The translations under genes and the position numbers were made by a program. From contig CM060733.1 of assembly GCA_030704615.1 (NCBI GenBank), forward strand, positions 57,970,001 through 58,034,000: a DNA stretch of 64,000 nucleotides, read 5' to 3'. This document shows, one piece after another, positions 47,601 through 58,200 of this stretch; position 1 is the first letter of the stretch; the number at the start of each line of letters is the position of its first letter. The notes under the pieces were generated by a model. The model ran no database searches and had not been told where the DNA came from. It worked only from the letters and a program-made list of their open reading frames with translations. Source of the DNA: Takakia lepidozioides (Eukaryota; Plantae; Bryophyta).

Positions 47601-47825
47601 ACATAGTGTCCTCAAATGTCCAGGAGTGCCAGAAGTGATCTTGTGGACTCCCTCTCTTGGTCCTCTTTTGGAAACAGGGATCATGGCGGAAGTGCCTGAT
47701 TTTATCAACTGTGCTGCAGCTGCTGCTTCCAGTGGACTATCTACCCATGCAGGTTTCTTGTAGCTGTCAATCCACAGAGGTTCATTGCTACTCTTGTGCT
47801 TGAAATCCAGCACACTTGGAAGGAT
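44601..47825 (-). CDS. PLS-class pentatricopeptide repeat protein with E and DYW domains (organellar C-to-U RNA editing factor type), main exon
   Basis: About 7 tandem 101-aa PLS triplets (VDMYAKCGS), HFGCMVDLLGRAG, PG box KQPG, HSEKLA, CGDCH, terminal GEYW. Probable acceptor CCAG at 47829-47826. Confidence 0.95.
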   Translation of the reverse strand: MLPSVLDFKHKSSNEPLWIDSYKKPAWVDSPLEAAAAAQLIKSGTSAMIPVSKRGPREGVHKITSGTPGHLRTLCEAGQVKEALRILSEGCISADSNTYVCLLQNCIKMKDLAVGKQVHTHIFQSGFKPYLFLYNTLVNMYIKCGSITDAHQVFERMPERGLITWNMMVAGFTKHGCGKDALEIYDQMIQEGVKPDQVTFICVCNACASLAALEKGKQVHADILKAGIVPNMILSTTLVDMYAKCGSLDDAKGVFDSMAEQNVVSWSAMIAGYAQHGYGVQALETYEQMMREGVTPNQITFVCVLKACASLSNLEKGKEVHAAIMKAGIVPDVILNTTLVDMYAKCGSLEDAKGLFDKMAERNVVSWSAMIAGYAQHGCGVEALETYEQMMQEGVKPNRVTFICACNACASLSALEKGKEVHADIMKARIVPDVILNTALVDMYAKCGSLKDAKGLFDNMAERNVVSWSAMIAGYAQHGLGMEALETYEQMMLEGVKPDQVTFVGACNACASLAALEKGKEVHAHIIEAGTVPGVILNNTLVDMYAKCGSLKDAKELFVNMAERNVVSWNAMITGYVQHGCGMEALQTYEQMLREAVEPDRVTFVCICNACASLGALEKGKEVHADIFKAGIAPDVILNTTLVDMYAKCGSLKDAKGLFDNMVERNVVSWSAMIAGYAQHGCGMAALKTYERMMLEKVKPDEVTFVCVCNACSSLAALEKGKEVHADIMKAKILPDVILNNALMDMYAKCGSIADAKGVFDNMAERNVVSWTAMIAGYGQHGCHKEALQLFEGMKKEGLKPNSITYICILQTCSHGGLVEEGRHYFDSLCQDHDLNPTVEHFGCMVDLLGRAGRLDEAEGFINKMPVQPDAVVWKALLGACRVHGNVEAAERAAKSILKWDQQDITTYVLLSNIYAAAGRWEDTAKVRKMMKVRGVRKQPGRCCIVVGNGVHTFVVDDKLHPQIEEIHAELRRLSRQIKEAGYVPDTRFVLHDVEEEQKESSLCHHSEKLAIAFGLICTAPGTPLRLIKNLRVCGDCHTAMKFISKIVGRAIVVRDANRFHHFEDGVCSCGEYW

Positions 47826-48601
47826 CTGGACCCATACTGCACCTTGCCTCCTTCAGCGGTCCCTACCTTGGTAATAATAATGCAAAGATCCTCCTCCTTT
47901 CTAGCAGCAGACAGTGACACCTAAAATGTATCTAGCAAACACCCCAACCCTACTTACCACAGACTAGTTCCTATACTGAATTGCTGACCAACCTTTAAAA
48001 TGTGTTGAGGAGAGAGGGAAAACGACAACATCATAAAAGCTTTTAATGCATTTTGTTATCTACTTCTTACGGTAACATAACCTGCATTCACCTTGATGCC
48101 TCCACTATCCCAACAATGACAGGGTTTCAAACAATATTCTGTCCCTCGTCGTCTCTGTTTTCCGTTTTTGAATATTTCCTGTTACCCCATTGGGTAGTAT
48201 CATGTGAATTACACTTGAATTTAGCATGAATCCACCCTATGAGCTGCCTTACACAACTCAACATGAGAAATCTGATCAGAGGCCAAATCAAGTAGCTACC
48301 ACACTTTTTGTTCATGAAAGTAGCTAGGACCGAGGAGGACTGCACCAACCCCCAATCTGAAGGACCTCTTCTGTGTGCTGCTTATGTCTGCAGTCCAGCG
48401 ATCTTGTATTGACCTGTGAACAACTACCACGGTGCAGCTGAGCTGCCAAAATTTTGAACACAGCCTCCTAAGATCAAGCTGATCCAACCCTCCCAAGTAC
48501 TTTGTAAACACCAGGAAAGCCCTTGGGCAATGCATTTTCAGGAATAGCGACTCCTGCAGAACAGACAGACATCTTTGCATCATATATGAATAGAGACCCA
48601 C

Positions 48602-48730
48602 CTTGCCATCGCAGTTATCCCAGCATTGTGAAGGATTCTCAAGGAACCCAAGCCACCCCTGTTCCATGCTCCATGGTTGAACTTCGTGCATCAACACTGT
48701 GACAGACTCATGTAAGGAGGAGTGCTCCAA
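48602..48730 (-). CDS. Probable upstream exon of the PPR gene encoding the first half of an OSB-type PDF motif (5' limit uncertain)
   Basis: EQGWLGFLENPSQCWDNCDGK followed by a GTGGGT donor. It splices in phase 0 to ILPSVLDFKHKSSNEPLWIDS. Confidence 0.65.
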
Positions 48731-48930
48731 AACTTATAGATGCTAATAACTTAAACAAGCTTGCATCACAAGCCTGTTCCTCTACTTCAGCTTGCGGCCG
48801 TTTTGCTTCTTCGCCCACTTTATTGCAAAACAAACCCAACTGCAAAGTCTTTTGTGTGATCACTATCTACAACCAAGTAGTAGCAAAAAAAAAACAAGAA
48901 GGAAAAAAAAAGAAAAAAAAAGAAGGTAAG

Positions 48931-49050
48931 TAGTAGCCCAGTGGTGATGGGCACATACCACCTTGGAAGTGGTTGTGGGTTCAATCCATGTTGGTGTTGC
49001 AGAGGTGTCCACCTTGAGGCCGGAGAACCCTTCCTTTGGGGTGAAGAAAC
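48931..49050 (+). mobile_element. tRNA-derived SINE-like repeat
   Basis: A box TAGCCCAGTGG and B box GGGTTCAATCC. Second copy inverted at ~54548-54668. Confidence 0.65.
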
Positions 49051-50404
49051 ACCATAATTTACACTTCCTTAACCCTTAAAGGACGAGACTTATTTTGGTG
49101 GGCCACTCCAAAAATTGCATATACCTACATGTTCTAAGCTCTATTTTCCTACTCATCCATCTAACCCCAAAAAATTAGGAAAATCCACCTTTGGAATTGG
49201 TAGATTATAACAAAATTGTATGGTGGTTTTTTGAAGCCCACTCAAAATTAGACCCCAAATACACGCTTGACCATGGTTTTTGTGGTCATATGGAATTTTC
49301 ATGTTTGAATGCCCTGCAGATTCACATTCTTGGGCATCTACTTTGTGATGTCTCCACTTTCCAGATAAAAATTCCAAATCTCATAGGGGTTGGTTTGTAT
49401 GTACAAAGGGGGATTGAAATAACTTTCCATCCACACCATGGGTCAAATGGGGCCTGGAGGCATACATCACTCATTCACCTACGCTTGTCAACGTAGGTAC
49501 CTGCACACATGAGCAACAAAATGAAAGACAAGTTTAATTGAAGGATTTCCCCCGGGACATTTTATTTTTGTAACACTCCGTTTGAGGTTCTCTTTGCAGC
49601 AAAGAGGAGAACTAAACAAAAGAGGGTTCCAACAGCCATCACATTTAGGTCATGTACAGGGGTGGTTGGGTGTGTCCTTGTCTTTCCTGGCAGAAGCACA
49701 TGCACTTCATGGACTGCACCTCCTTGAATGGCTGTTCATTGCATCATCAACTTGTATCCACCAGGGGCAAAAATCTGCACCAACAATACTATATTCTTCG
49801 TCGCAGGTATCATGAAGTGTCAATTTCTCTCAAAGATTCTACTGTTACTCCCAATTCATAAAATATACAGCACACAAAGTAAGCCTCACTGTCGCTATGA
49901 AATTCTCTGGTCACAACGAGTGTTCCCATTTTCTTCCCATTTTTCCCAGCTGAAATACAAACGTATATCACAACTATATTCCCTTCATAACATCACTGGA
50001 TCCACACGCAACATCTCTCTCCCTCCACACTCCACTATCCAACAGTCTCGGATTAACAAAGAAATGTCAATTACCATCTCCCTTTTTTATCACCCCACAA
50101 ATCCTAGAAAGCCCATATCCTAGGAGCTAATACCTATAGACCCACCCTTCAAAAATCCCGGGGGACCATTAACCAAGCTACTTCTGACACATCAGAGTTT
50201 GGTTTCGTGCACGCAATGGCCTTTCTTGCTAAACTGTAATGCAAAACTTAAACACAGCCTCACCCCTCATAAATTTCCTGCCAATTTCTCCTACTGCCCA
50301 TCTTTTAAATCTTTAAATGGAATCTCTCCATTCAATGCAAAGCTTCAGTAGCCACTCTTAGCCACCTTTTCTCCAACAGACTGAACTTGATCGTCGTGCC
50401 CATG

Positions 50405-51250
50405 CATAACAACCCATCGCAGCCCTGTCATGAATTGTGAGAATTCTAATCATCTGTGTTCAGTAGCATCCTCTCAACCCAATATAGGTTATGTTGCTTT
50501 TATATGTATGAGCCAACTGAAGTTCCAGGAGGCCATGGTTTAGTGGTGTTCATAAATAGTGGATAACCTTGCTTTCTTGCTTTGTCTGCCATTCCTAACC
50601 TAAAATCTAAACCCCGGTCATGCCACCATGTTTTCAATAGATTATCATGCACAAAACTGGCAGCATGCATTTCCTTTGGAGCCTCTTCGAGAAGCTTGGC
50701 GTGTGCTGCAATTTGTCATGGTCAAGCTTGTCGAGGTAAATCCCATCCACCTAAAAGACAGCAGTCCTAAAAGACCAATTATATTCTTACCTTCAGATAA
50801 TATGGTCGTCTCGGAAATAACACGGAAGTTGTCATATCCAAATCGTGCTAGTTATGGGCAGAAAAAACTCTTCCATATCGAAAATGCACATGCCAGGACC
50901 TGTCTTTTAGGTGGATGGGACTTGTTTCGACAAGCTTGACCCTGACAAATTGCAGCAGGCGGGCCAAGCTTCTCGAGAAGGCTGCAAAGGAATGCATGCT
51001 GCCAGTTTTGTGCATGATGATCTATGGGAACATGGCTGCATCACCGAGGTTCAGATTTTAGACTGAGAATAGGTAGGCTAAGTAAGAAAGTAATATTATA
51101 TATTATTTATGAACACCATTATACCATAGCCTCTTGGAAATTCAGTTGACATATATATAAAAGAGCAACGTTTGGTTAAGAGGAACCTACCGAACGCGGA
51201 TGATTAGAATCTTCACAATTCATGATAGGGGCGGCGAGGAGTTGGTGTCG
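50405..51250. repeat. Long imperfect inverted repeat (foldback/MITE-like), arms ~360 bp, spacer ~125 bp
   Basis: For example ATCATGCACAAAACTGGCAGCATGCATT vs AATGCATGCTGCCAGTTTTGTGCATGAT, and TCCCATCCACCTAAAAGACAG vs CTGTCTTTTAGGTGGATGGGA. Ends approximate. Confidence 0.85.
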
Positions 51251-53949
51251 TTTTGAGAACATGTTGGTGCTACGTAGGGGCAGAAACAGCTCATGCATAT
51301 GAGTTTTAACACAAGCGACGATTGTGAAACATTCACATTCCATTGCAGGGGTTGCCAATCAAACTTGACAAAGCAGCTCTTCTCCACTACTGTGCAGTAC
51401 TATCCTTATCTGCAATTTCTTTGTTGCAGCTTCATAGATGCTGCGCTCTTCTCCACTTCCTCACTCTCCCACCGAGATACTTGAAGCATTGCTGAGGAGG
51501 TCTCCGCCCACTCGTTGTTGTAAGAGAGTTCCGGTTGGAATTGGAAAAGAATGGCGTTGCGAGAATACCAGACAGCCTATGAGAGCATACAACTCTGCAA
51601 ACCTCAATCCGCAAGACACTCTCGTCATCTCTATCCACCTCCGATCCAAACAACGATGTTGCGTGCACGCGCCTGTCCCTGCTAAACTCAACTCAAAGAG
51701 CGTTCAGCCCGCCCGCTTGTTAGGGCTCCAAGCCAGAAACTCAGCGATGCTCTGAGCTATGGGAGGAGTCACAGAAAAGTGTTGGAGTGCTGAGCAAAGT
51801 TTGGAATTCCTAGAGTAGTGAGCCTGGTCAGATGCTGAAGCCCTACTTTGCAACATCTTCTAGTTGGAAATGTGGGATAAACCCACCGGTGAAGGTCGAG
51901 CAGGCACACTACTAGATGGGAGAGGTTTGAGTTTACTCTCTCATATCCATGTTGATCTCTTCTTATGTCCGCCCACCATCGAGCAGAAGTAGAAGTCGGG
52001 TCCGACTGTGTGGATGCTTTGAACTGTTCCGCTGTTTTCATGGTGGATTTTTAATCAAAGCGGATAAATCGTATGGGCAGTCGTGAAGAGCAACAGCAAG
52101 TGCCTTACTGGAACAGAGGAGGCACCCATTTATGTTCTCAAATCCACCCTGTAAATATGCACACTCCATCAAGTACATTGTAGGGAGAATACGAGGAGCA
52201 CATCGTTGGAACCTTTCCAATGTTGTCTGTGTCCGTTGCGTGACCTATTCTCACTCACTTAGTGTTCATGGACATTAGGTCTCTGGTTTCTTTTGGCAGC
52301 TGCCAGGTAGCTGGTACTCTTCCTCGTAAAACGAGTTCAGGTTCTTCTCTTCAATCGGTTATGGCAACCTACCGCTCCTCTTTCCCCTTCTCTCATTCTT
52401 CTCAATGTTCATGCAAATGCTTTATGGCGCTCTTGCCTAGTTTGGGCAGTCTTAAGGGCTCACACTATGAGGGGCGCAAGGTTTGTTGGCGAGCTATCTC
52501 CGAGGATCTTTGCAGATCATGTGGATAAAGGAGGCGAATTCAGCTTATTGCCGATTTCGACCACTCCTCCGAGGAAAAGGAGGCATTCTCTGCTCTAGGC
52601 CAGGAGACAAGGTTATCTGGACAGATTGCACCCCTGCCAAGTTATGCCCATCAAGCTATGGCATTGGTCTGGAATACATGAAGCCCCAAAATCAGAATGA
52701 CTCCCTTCCTAGTTAACTACCCTCCATTGCTGTGATGATCACCAGATCTCATGCTTCCCAGCTGGGAACTCGTCGGATTTACCTGGGCGTGTATACGCAA
52801 CCTCCGCTGATTAGCACTGGAACAATCAGTGCACTGTCCATGAAGAGCTCTCTGTCTCTTCATCTCTCTGCCAAAACTTGAAATCAGGGGCTATGGGTAT
52901 TTTGATGCAGGAATTTATTGCATAGTTTCGAATACAAATGGGAATGTAATGGGGACAAAGAATCGATTAGCACTATACATATCACATTCGTTTGGCAAAA
53001 AATATTCCCCGCTAAACTTGCATTACCTATGTCATGAAATGGCTGGGCGCTTCCAAATACCTAGAACCAGACAACTAAGGGACCTCGGAAATGGAAACGC
53101 AGAGATCAATTGAAGAGATCAGTCGCAAGTGCTCAAAATTGAGGAGGGCCTTGACTTTCGAGTTCCTGTTCTTGCATTGCCTCCAATTTATATCTGCATC
53201 TGCCTCCAGAAGAGAAGGCCATGGATCAGGTGTCTTTGCAGAGTTTGATTCACCGGATCTCAAAGCCAAAGAGCTCAAAACTTTAACCAAAAACAATCCT
53301 CCAAAAGCCTAACTAGGCACTTTTGTTTCGAGTGAGGCAATCCCCCCGCTGCTTGTCTAATGACTCGCATCCTCCAGCTCCTTTCTGCATGCACTCCCAT
53401 GGCGGCGCAAATTGACACTGTCGATCCAGCTCCGGATCCTTCTTTCCATACGAAATGGATGCAATGTGTGAGGAGGAAGCCATTGTGGGAGATGGCGCAA
53501 TGTAGGATGCCAACAAGAGTGCAATACCCGATCCACCCACGGCTGCGGCCGTGGTGACCGCAGCCGCCACCGCCACGCCTGGGGCACGCATGACGAGCGA
53601 GCGATGGCCAACTGCAAAACTATTGAGCAACACAGAGCACGACACAGTAAGCAAGATCCAAGAGAGAGAGGGGACAAGATCAAGTGTGTGAGTGAGATAG
53701 CAAACTCCATCATTAAATACAAACTGTCTTTGTTCTTTTCTTCTCTTTTGAGCACCATATCAGTTTAGCTTTTCTAAAAGTATGACGAAATTATATTAGT
53801 GAAACTTCCGACTCCCCAGTGGGAAAAGTGTTATATATTTGCTTTTTGAGTTCTCATTTCACTGAATATGTCGGATGGACTCAAAAAGAAGATCCCAAAA
53901 AGATCCCACAGTACAATTTGATTTTTTCAAAAAAGACAAACAGTCAGGA

Positions 53950-54670
53950 CCTCACTTGGATGGTGCACTGAGTGCCACCCAGATGATTCTGGGGTCAAAT
54001 CTTGCTACTTGACGGGTGTGGTATGTTCTTTTCCCCCTTCCCACCTTTGTGCCGAGGCTGCTGTGGAAGAGATTATTTTCTCCTATCTTTTTGGTTTTTT
54101 TCCTGTCCTTTTTAGAAAGGGAAACACTTGGGAGCAACAACTCACAAATCAGGCCCCTTAATTGCGAGAGGAGAAAATAATCTCTTGCACATTAACCTTG
54201 CGATGAAGTAGAAACGGGACACCGGCCAAGGGAAGGGGGAGAAGAGTATACCACACCTGTCAAGTAGCAGGATTTGACCCCAGAATCATCTGGGTGGCAC
54301 TCAGTGCACTAACCAACTCAGCTACTGACTGTTGGATCTCTCTCTATCAAGGGGCCTGATTGGTGGGCGGTCGCTCCCAGGTGTTTCCCTTCAATTTTTT
54401 TCTTAAGAAAAAGAAAAAGATACCAACCATTGGTAGGTTAGCTGAGTTGGATAGTGCGTGTGCCATCAAGGTGATTGTGGGTTCAATGTCAGGTGTGGTC
54501 ATAATAATAATATACGCCTCTCGTAAGAAACATAACTTATATGCTCTCTTGACCCTGAAGGGGCTATTGCCTTCCAGCAAGAAGGTGGACACCTTTGTGA
54601 CACCAATCGGCGGATTGAACCCAAAACCACTTCCGAGGTGGTATGTGCCCATTAGCACTGGGCTACAACT
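53950..54670. mobile_element. Cluster of tRNA-derived SINE-like copies, including a tail-to-tail inverted pair
   Basis: ~53950-54090 (+) and ~54165-54325 (-) share GTGCACTGAGTGCCACCCAGATGATTCTGGGGTCAAATC, with A box TAGCTGAGTTGG on the minus copy. A third head lies at ~54437-54500 (+), and a second family at ~54548-54668 (-). Confidence 0.65.
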
Positions 54671-54829
54671 TGGTATTGGGATTGCCTATGTGGGATTGCA
54701 ATGTCTGGGATTGCCTGTAGCCCAGTATTGGAATACCCCAGACATTGTATCAGAAAATGTATAGTCTTCAGGTCATTTGCACATTGCTACTGCTGAGGGT
54801 GGAAGGCCCTTCAGCTTACGCACAACATA

Positions 54830-55175
54830 AGAGAATGTACTCATGAGACGATGTTTGTCGTAGCCTTGTGGTCAGAGACCCCATGCCCAGTTTAGACGAA
54901 CACATGGGGAATGGCCACTACCTTTGTGAGGGGCTCACTCCAGTAGCGTGACTTACCTTGATACTTAGACTTAGATTGGGCTTCCAGATATCCTCTAGAA
55001 AGCCCTTCATAGAAGCATCAATCTAACATGTGAGCAGCCCAAACGTTAGACCCCAACAGGGCCAGGGTTTTAGGCTTAGCTGAGAGAGAGAGAGAGAGAG
55101 GATGATGTACTCATTACAACGTTGCTTGCTGTGTAGCCTTGTTGCCATGGACCCTGTGCCCGGTTACGGGTGTCA
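54830..55175 (-). mobile_element. Short 5'-truncated 3'-end copies of the LINE family at 56825-57815
   Basis: Share TGTACTCAT...GTAGCCTTGTGG..GACCCC.(C/T)GCCCAGTTT and CCAGATATCCTCTAGAAA.CCCTTCA with 56825-57010. Another short copy is at ~59428-59487. Confidence 0.7.
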
Positions 55176-55272
55176 GAGAAAGAAAGTCATTTTAAACTGC
55201 CAACAGAGCCTCGTGGCCACAGGAAATAGGGAAGATAAGGTTTGTCTTCTATGCCGTAGCAGAGGAGGGCTA

Positions 55273-58200
55273 TCAACTATCCATCACTGTGCACTTGCAG
55301 ATTGCTTCCTTTAACAGCTTCCGACCTAGTGATGTTTCCACCAGCACCTGAAGATTAACCCACATGTGCACTTAGAAAACATACGAAGTACTGAGACATA
55401 TCCATACCTTGTCCCTCCCAAGATTGGTGATGTGTCAGATCTTACTGATTCAACTACATGTTCTCCATCGAAACCTTGCTTCTTCCTGCTAACAATTGAC
55501 ATACATATATCCAAGCCAGGCCCATGAAAATCCCAAGTATGAAGTTCTTGTGGGGGAAAAGTCTACCAGCTGTTAGCTGTTCCCCGTAAGTTCTTCCAAA
55601 TCTTTCTAGATAGGAACCCTGCTTAAAAGGAAACATGGTTGACATCAATTAACAGGCAGGCACGTGGGCCTGTGAGCAAAACATGAGATCAAGGGGCAGG
55701 ATTATGGACCTCTTGCACTTGGTTTCCAGATCTGGCAAGTAGCTTGAATCCATTCTCCAAAGGGCGTGACAAATACACCTGATGCCATATACTCCAAAAT
55801 AATTGACCATTAGGTGCAGCTTCTCTGACAAGCATTGAATCTCACTAACTGGTTCAAAGAATGTGAATGACCACTAGAGCACTAGCTACATATTAAGAAG
55901 GCCAGGTGGGTTTCGAAGCATTGGATTTCAACACACAAATCTGACATTACCAAAAGTGCATCTGCACATAGCCGTTAAAAATAGGCTTAATGTTGTATGT
56001 GCTTGCATCAGCTCCAGAAAGCATGAGTTTGATTCTAGCCCTGATGCTCAAGTTCTCTAGCTGGTAAGAGATGTGATGGATGAGAGAGTTGAGAGAAGTA
56101 GGGTGATACAGCAATGTGATCTTACCTGAAAAGTGGGAGCCATTGCAGAACCTCGCAACTTACGGCCTTTTGTCACACTGATGATGCCCTCTATCTCCTC
56201 CAGTCTTTTAATGACTGCATTAAGCTCAGAAATATCTTGGATCTGCATAGCCCGCATGAATGTAGGTATTGCACACATATATGGTGTATGCCTTACAATG
56301 TGGCTGCCGTTTCATCATGTCTTCAAATGACAATTTGGTAAAGCTTCTAAGAATCAACCATTCCTTTCAAACACTCTGTCATCACTTACCCCAACATCAA
56401 TCTCTTCAGACTCTGAGTCTGCATTTGCATCACTTGACACCAATGACTCCAGAGTCTCTCTTAGCGGGTCTGGCTGCACCCACCATCCCACCACAGAAAC
56501 AGTTCTAGCTTGCAGTCTCCTAAAGAATGACAGCAAAATGGAACTAAATAGACCAGAACTTCAGGAAGCTTATAGATGGATTAATCCATCTCGTACCTAC
56601 TTCCACAGGTACTCCGCACGCTATAGAGCTGTGGACGAGGAGGATGAGATAGCAGGGTAGATGACAGAGTGGGGTCACTACTGTTGTTGAAGGCTCCCTC
56701 AACAGTAGTAAGACTCACCTTGGTGCGATGGGAAGTTGGAATGGCAAGATTTGAAATTGGAGTCGTACTCAATGGGTGTTTTATGTCAAAAGACACACAG
56801 ACCGACTGTCACACTGTAAGAGATTGTACTCATAAGACGTTGTTTGCCGTAGCCTTGTGGCCATTGACCCCGCGCCCAGTTTGAGCGGGAACAAAAGGGA
56901 CAGAACCTACCTCTGTCAGGGGCTGACGTTGGTAGTAAGACTTACCTTCATATATAGAATTAATCCGGGTTTTCCAGATATCCTCTAGAAATCCCTTCAC
57001 ACAAGCATCAATCTGCTGTGAGTGATTTGCCCAAAAACTAGGCCTCAGGAGGGCCTGGGCTTTTGGCTCAGCCTCGAGACTTTCAAAGTTGGTAAACAGG
57101 GGTACAGGCACAATTCCCTTGATAGATTTGAAGAGAGCGTCTCTTTGGTGAGAGAACCCCGGACAGTGTATCAGAAAATGAATACTGTCTTCAGATTGCC
57201 CACACAACGGGCAATTGCACTCTCCCTTTCCTCTCTGCTTCTGTTTGCTGTTCAAAGGTAGGCTTCCTGCCCTGAGTTTAAATTTCAGTCTAGTGCCGAG
57301 AGTGGGTAGACCCTTGAGGTCATCCAAGATGTCCTCCCCATGTCACTGACTGGAAACAAGTTCAGGGAAGTTTTCTGCCTAACTTCATTTTCATCAGACA
57401 ATCTCATGGCAACAGACATGGCTTTGGACACTACAGCCTCTAAGTCAGATTTATTCAGCAGGGTCAAGACTTGCGGATCCAGGTCCAGGTCCTTGAGAAT
57501 CTCTTCTACTCTCTTCTGCCAGGACTTGGCCTGTTTGACAGGGCGGTCCTGTTTCCAAGATATAGAGTCGATTAACTTGGGATATCTGGTGTTGGGCATA
57601 TGTTGCAGCTGACCCCACCATCTGACCTTGAATTCATCTCGTCGGGAGCTTAAGGACGGAATGCCAAACTCACCCCGAACAGCCACATTGGCTGTTTTGG
57701 AGCATGCTGACATACTCTCCTTAAGCACCCCACTTGAATGGATTCTAGAGACTTAGCCTGGTTGGAGTTATCAACCCATATAGCAGATCCGTACTCCAAG
57801 GCAGGTCTAATAACGCGACAAAGCATGTCACACCGTAAGAGAAAGGTAAGGAGGGAAAGAGCTATCATACTTGCATTTGCTTGAGGGAGAGGTTGATGCG
57901 CTGTAAATACCGATCAAGTTTACAAACCTTCACCTCCAATTCCTGCCCCACCAAATAGCCAAAGCTTTCTCAATACCGTTGAAGAGTGCCATATGCTTCA
58001 ACACATGTATCAGTGTACCAAACTATTGTTGTTGGCAAAGCAAAGCCATGTCTTTTGGGCCTCTGGTAGTCCAGGAGAACCATGCTGGAATGTCTCTAGT
58101 CTTTTGACAGTTGAATTGACCAAGTACATGTTGCTCAATACTCCAGACATGTGTATGGCCGTGCATTGACAGAACTAGTTTCAAATACCAGGTGTTTCTA

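Noticed and set aside
48931-49000. tRNA gene candidates here and at ~54437-54500
   Set aside because: A/B boxes are present but I could not build a cloverleaf with an acceptor stem; treated as SINE heads.
53075-53758. Minus-strand ORFs as possible 5' exons of the PPR gene
   Set aside because: No recognisable domain, and I could not establish a splice path.
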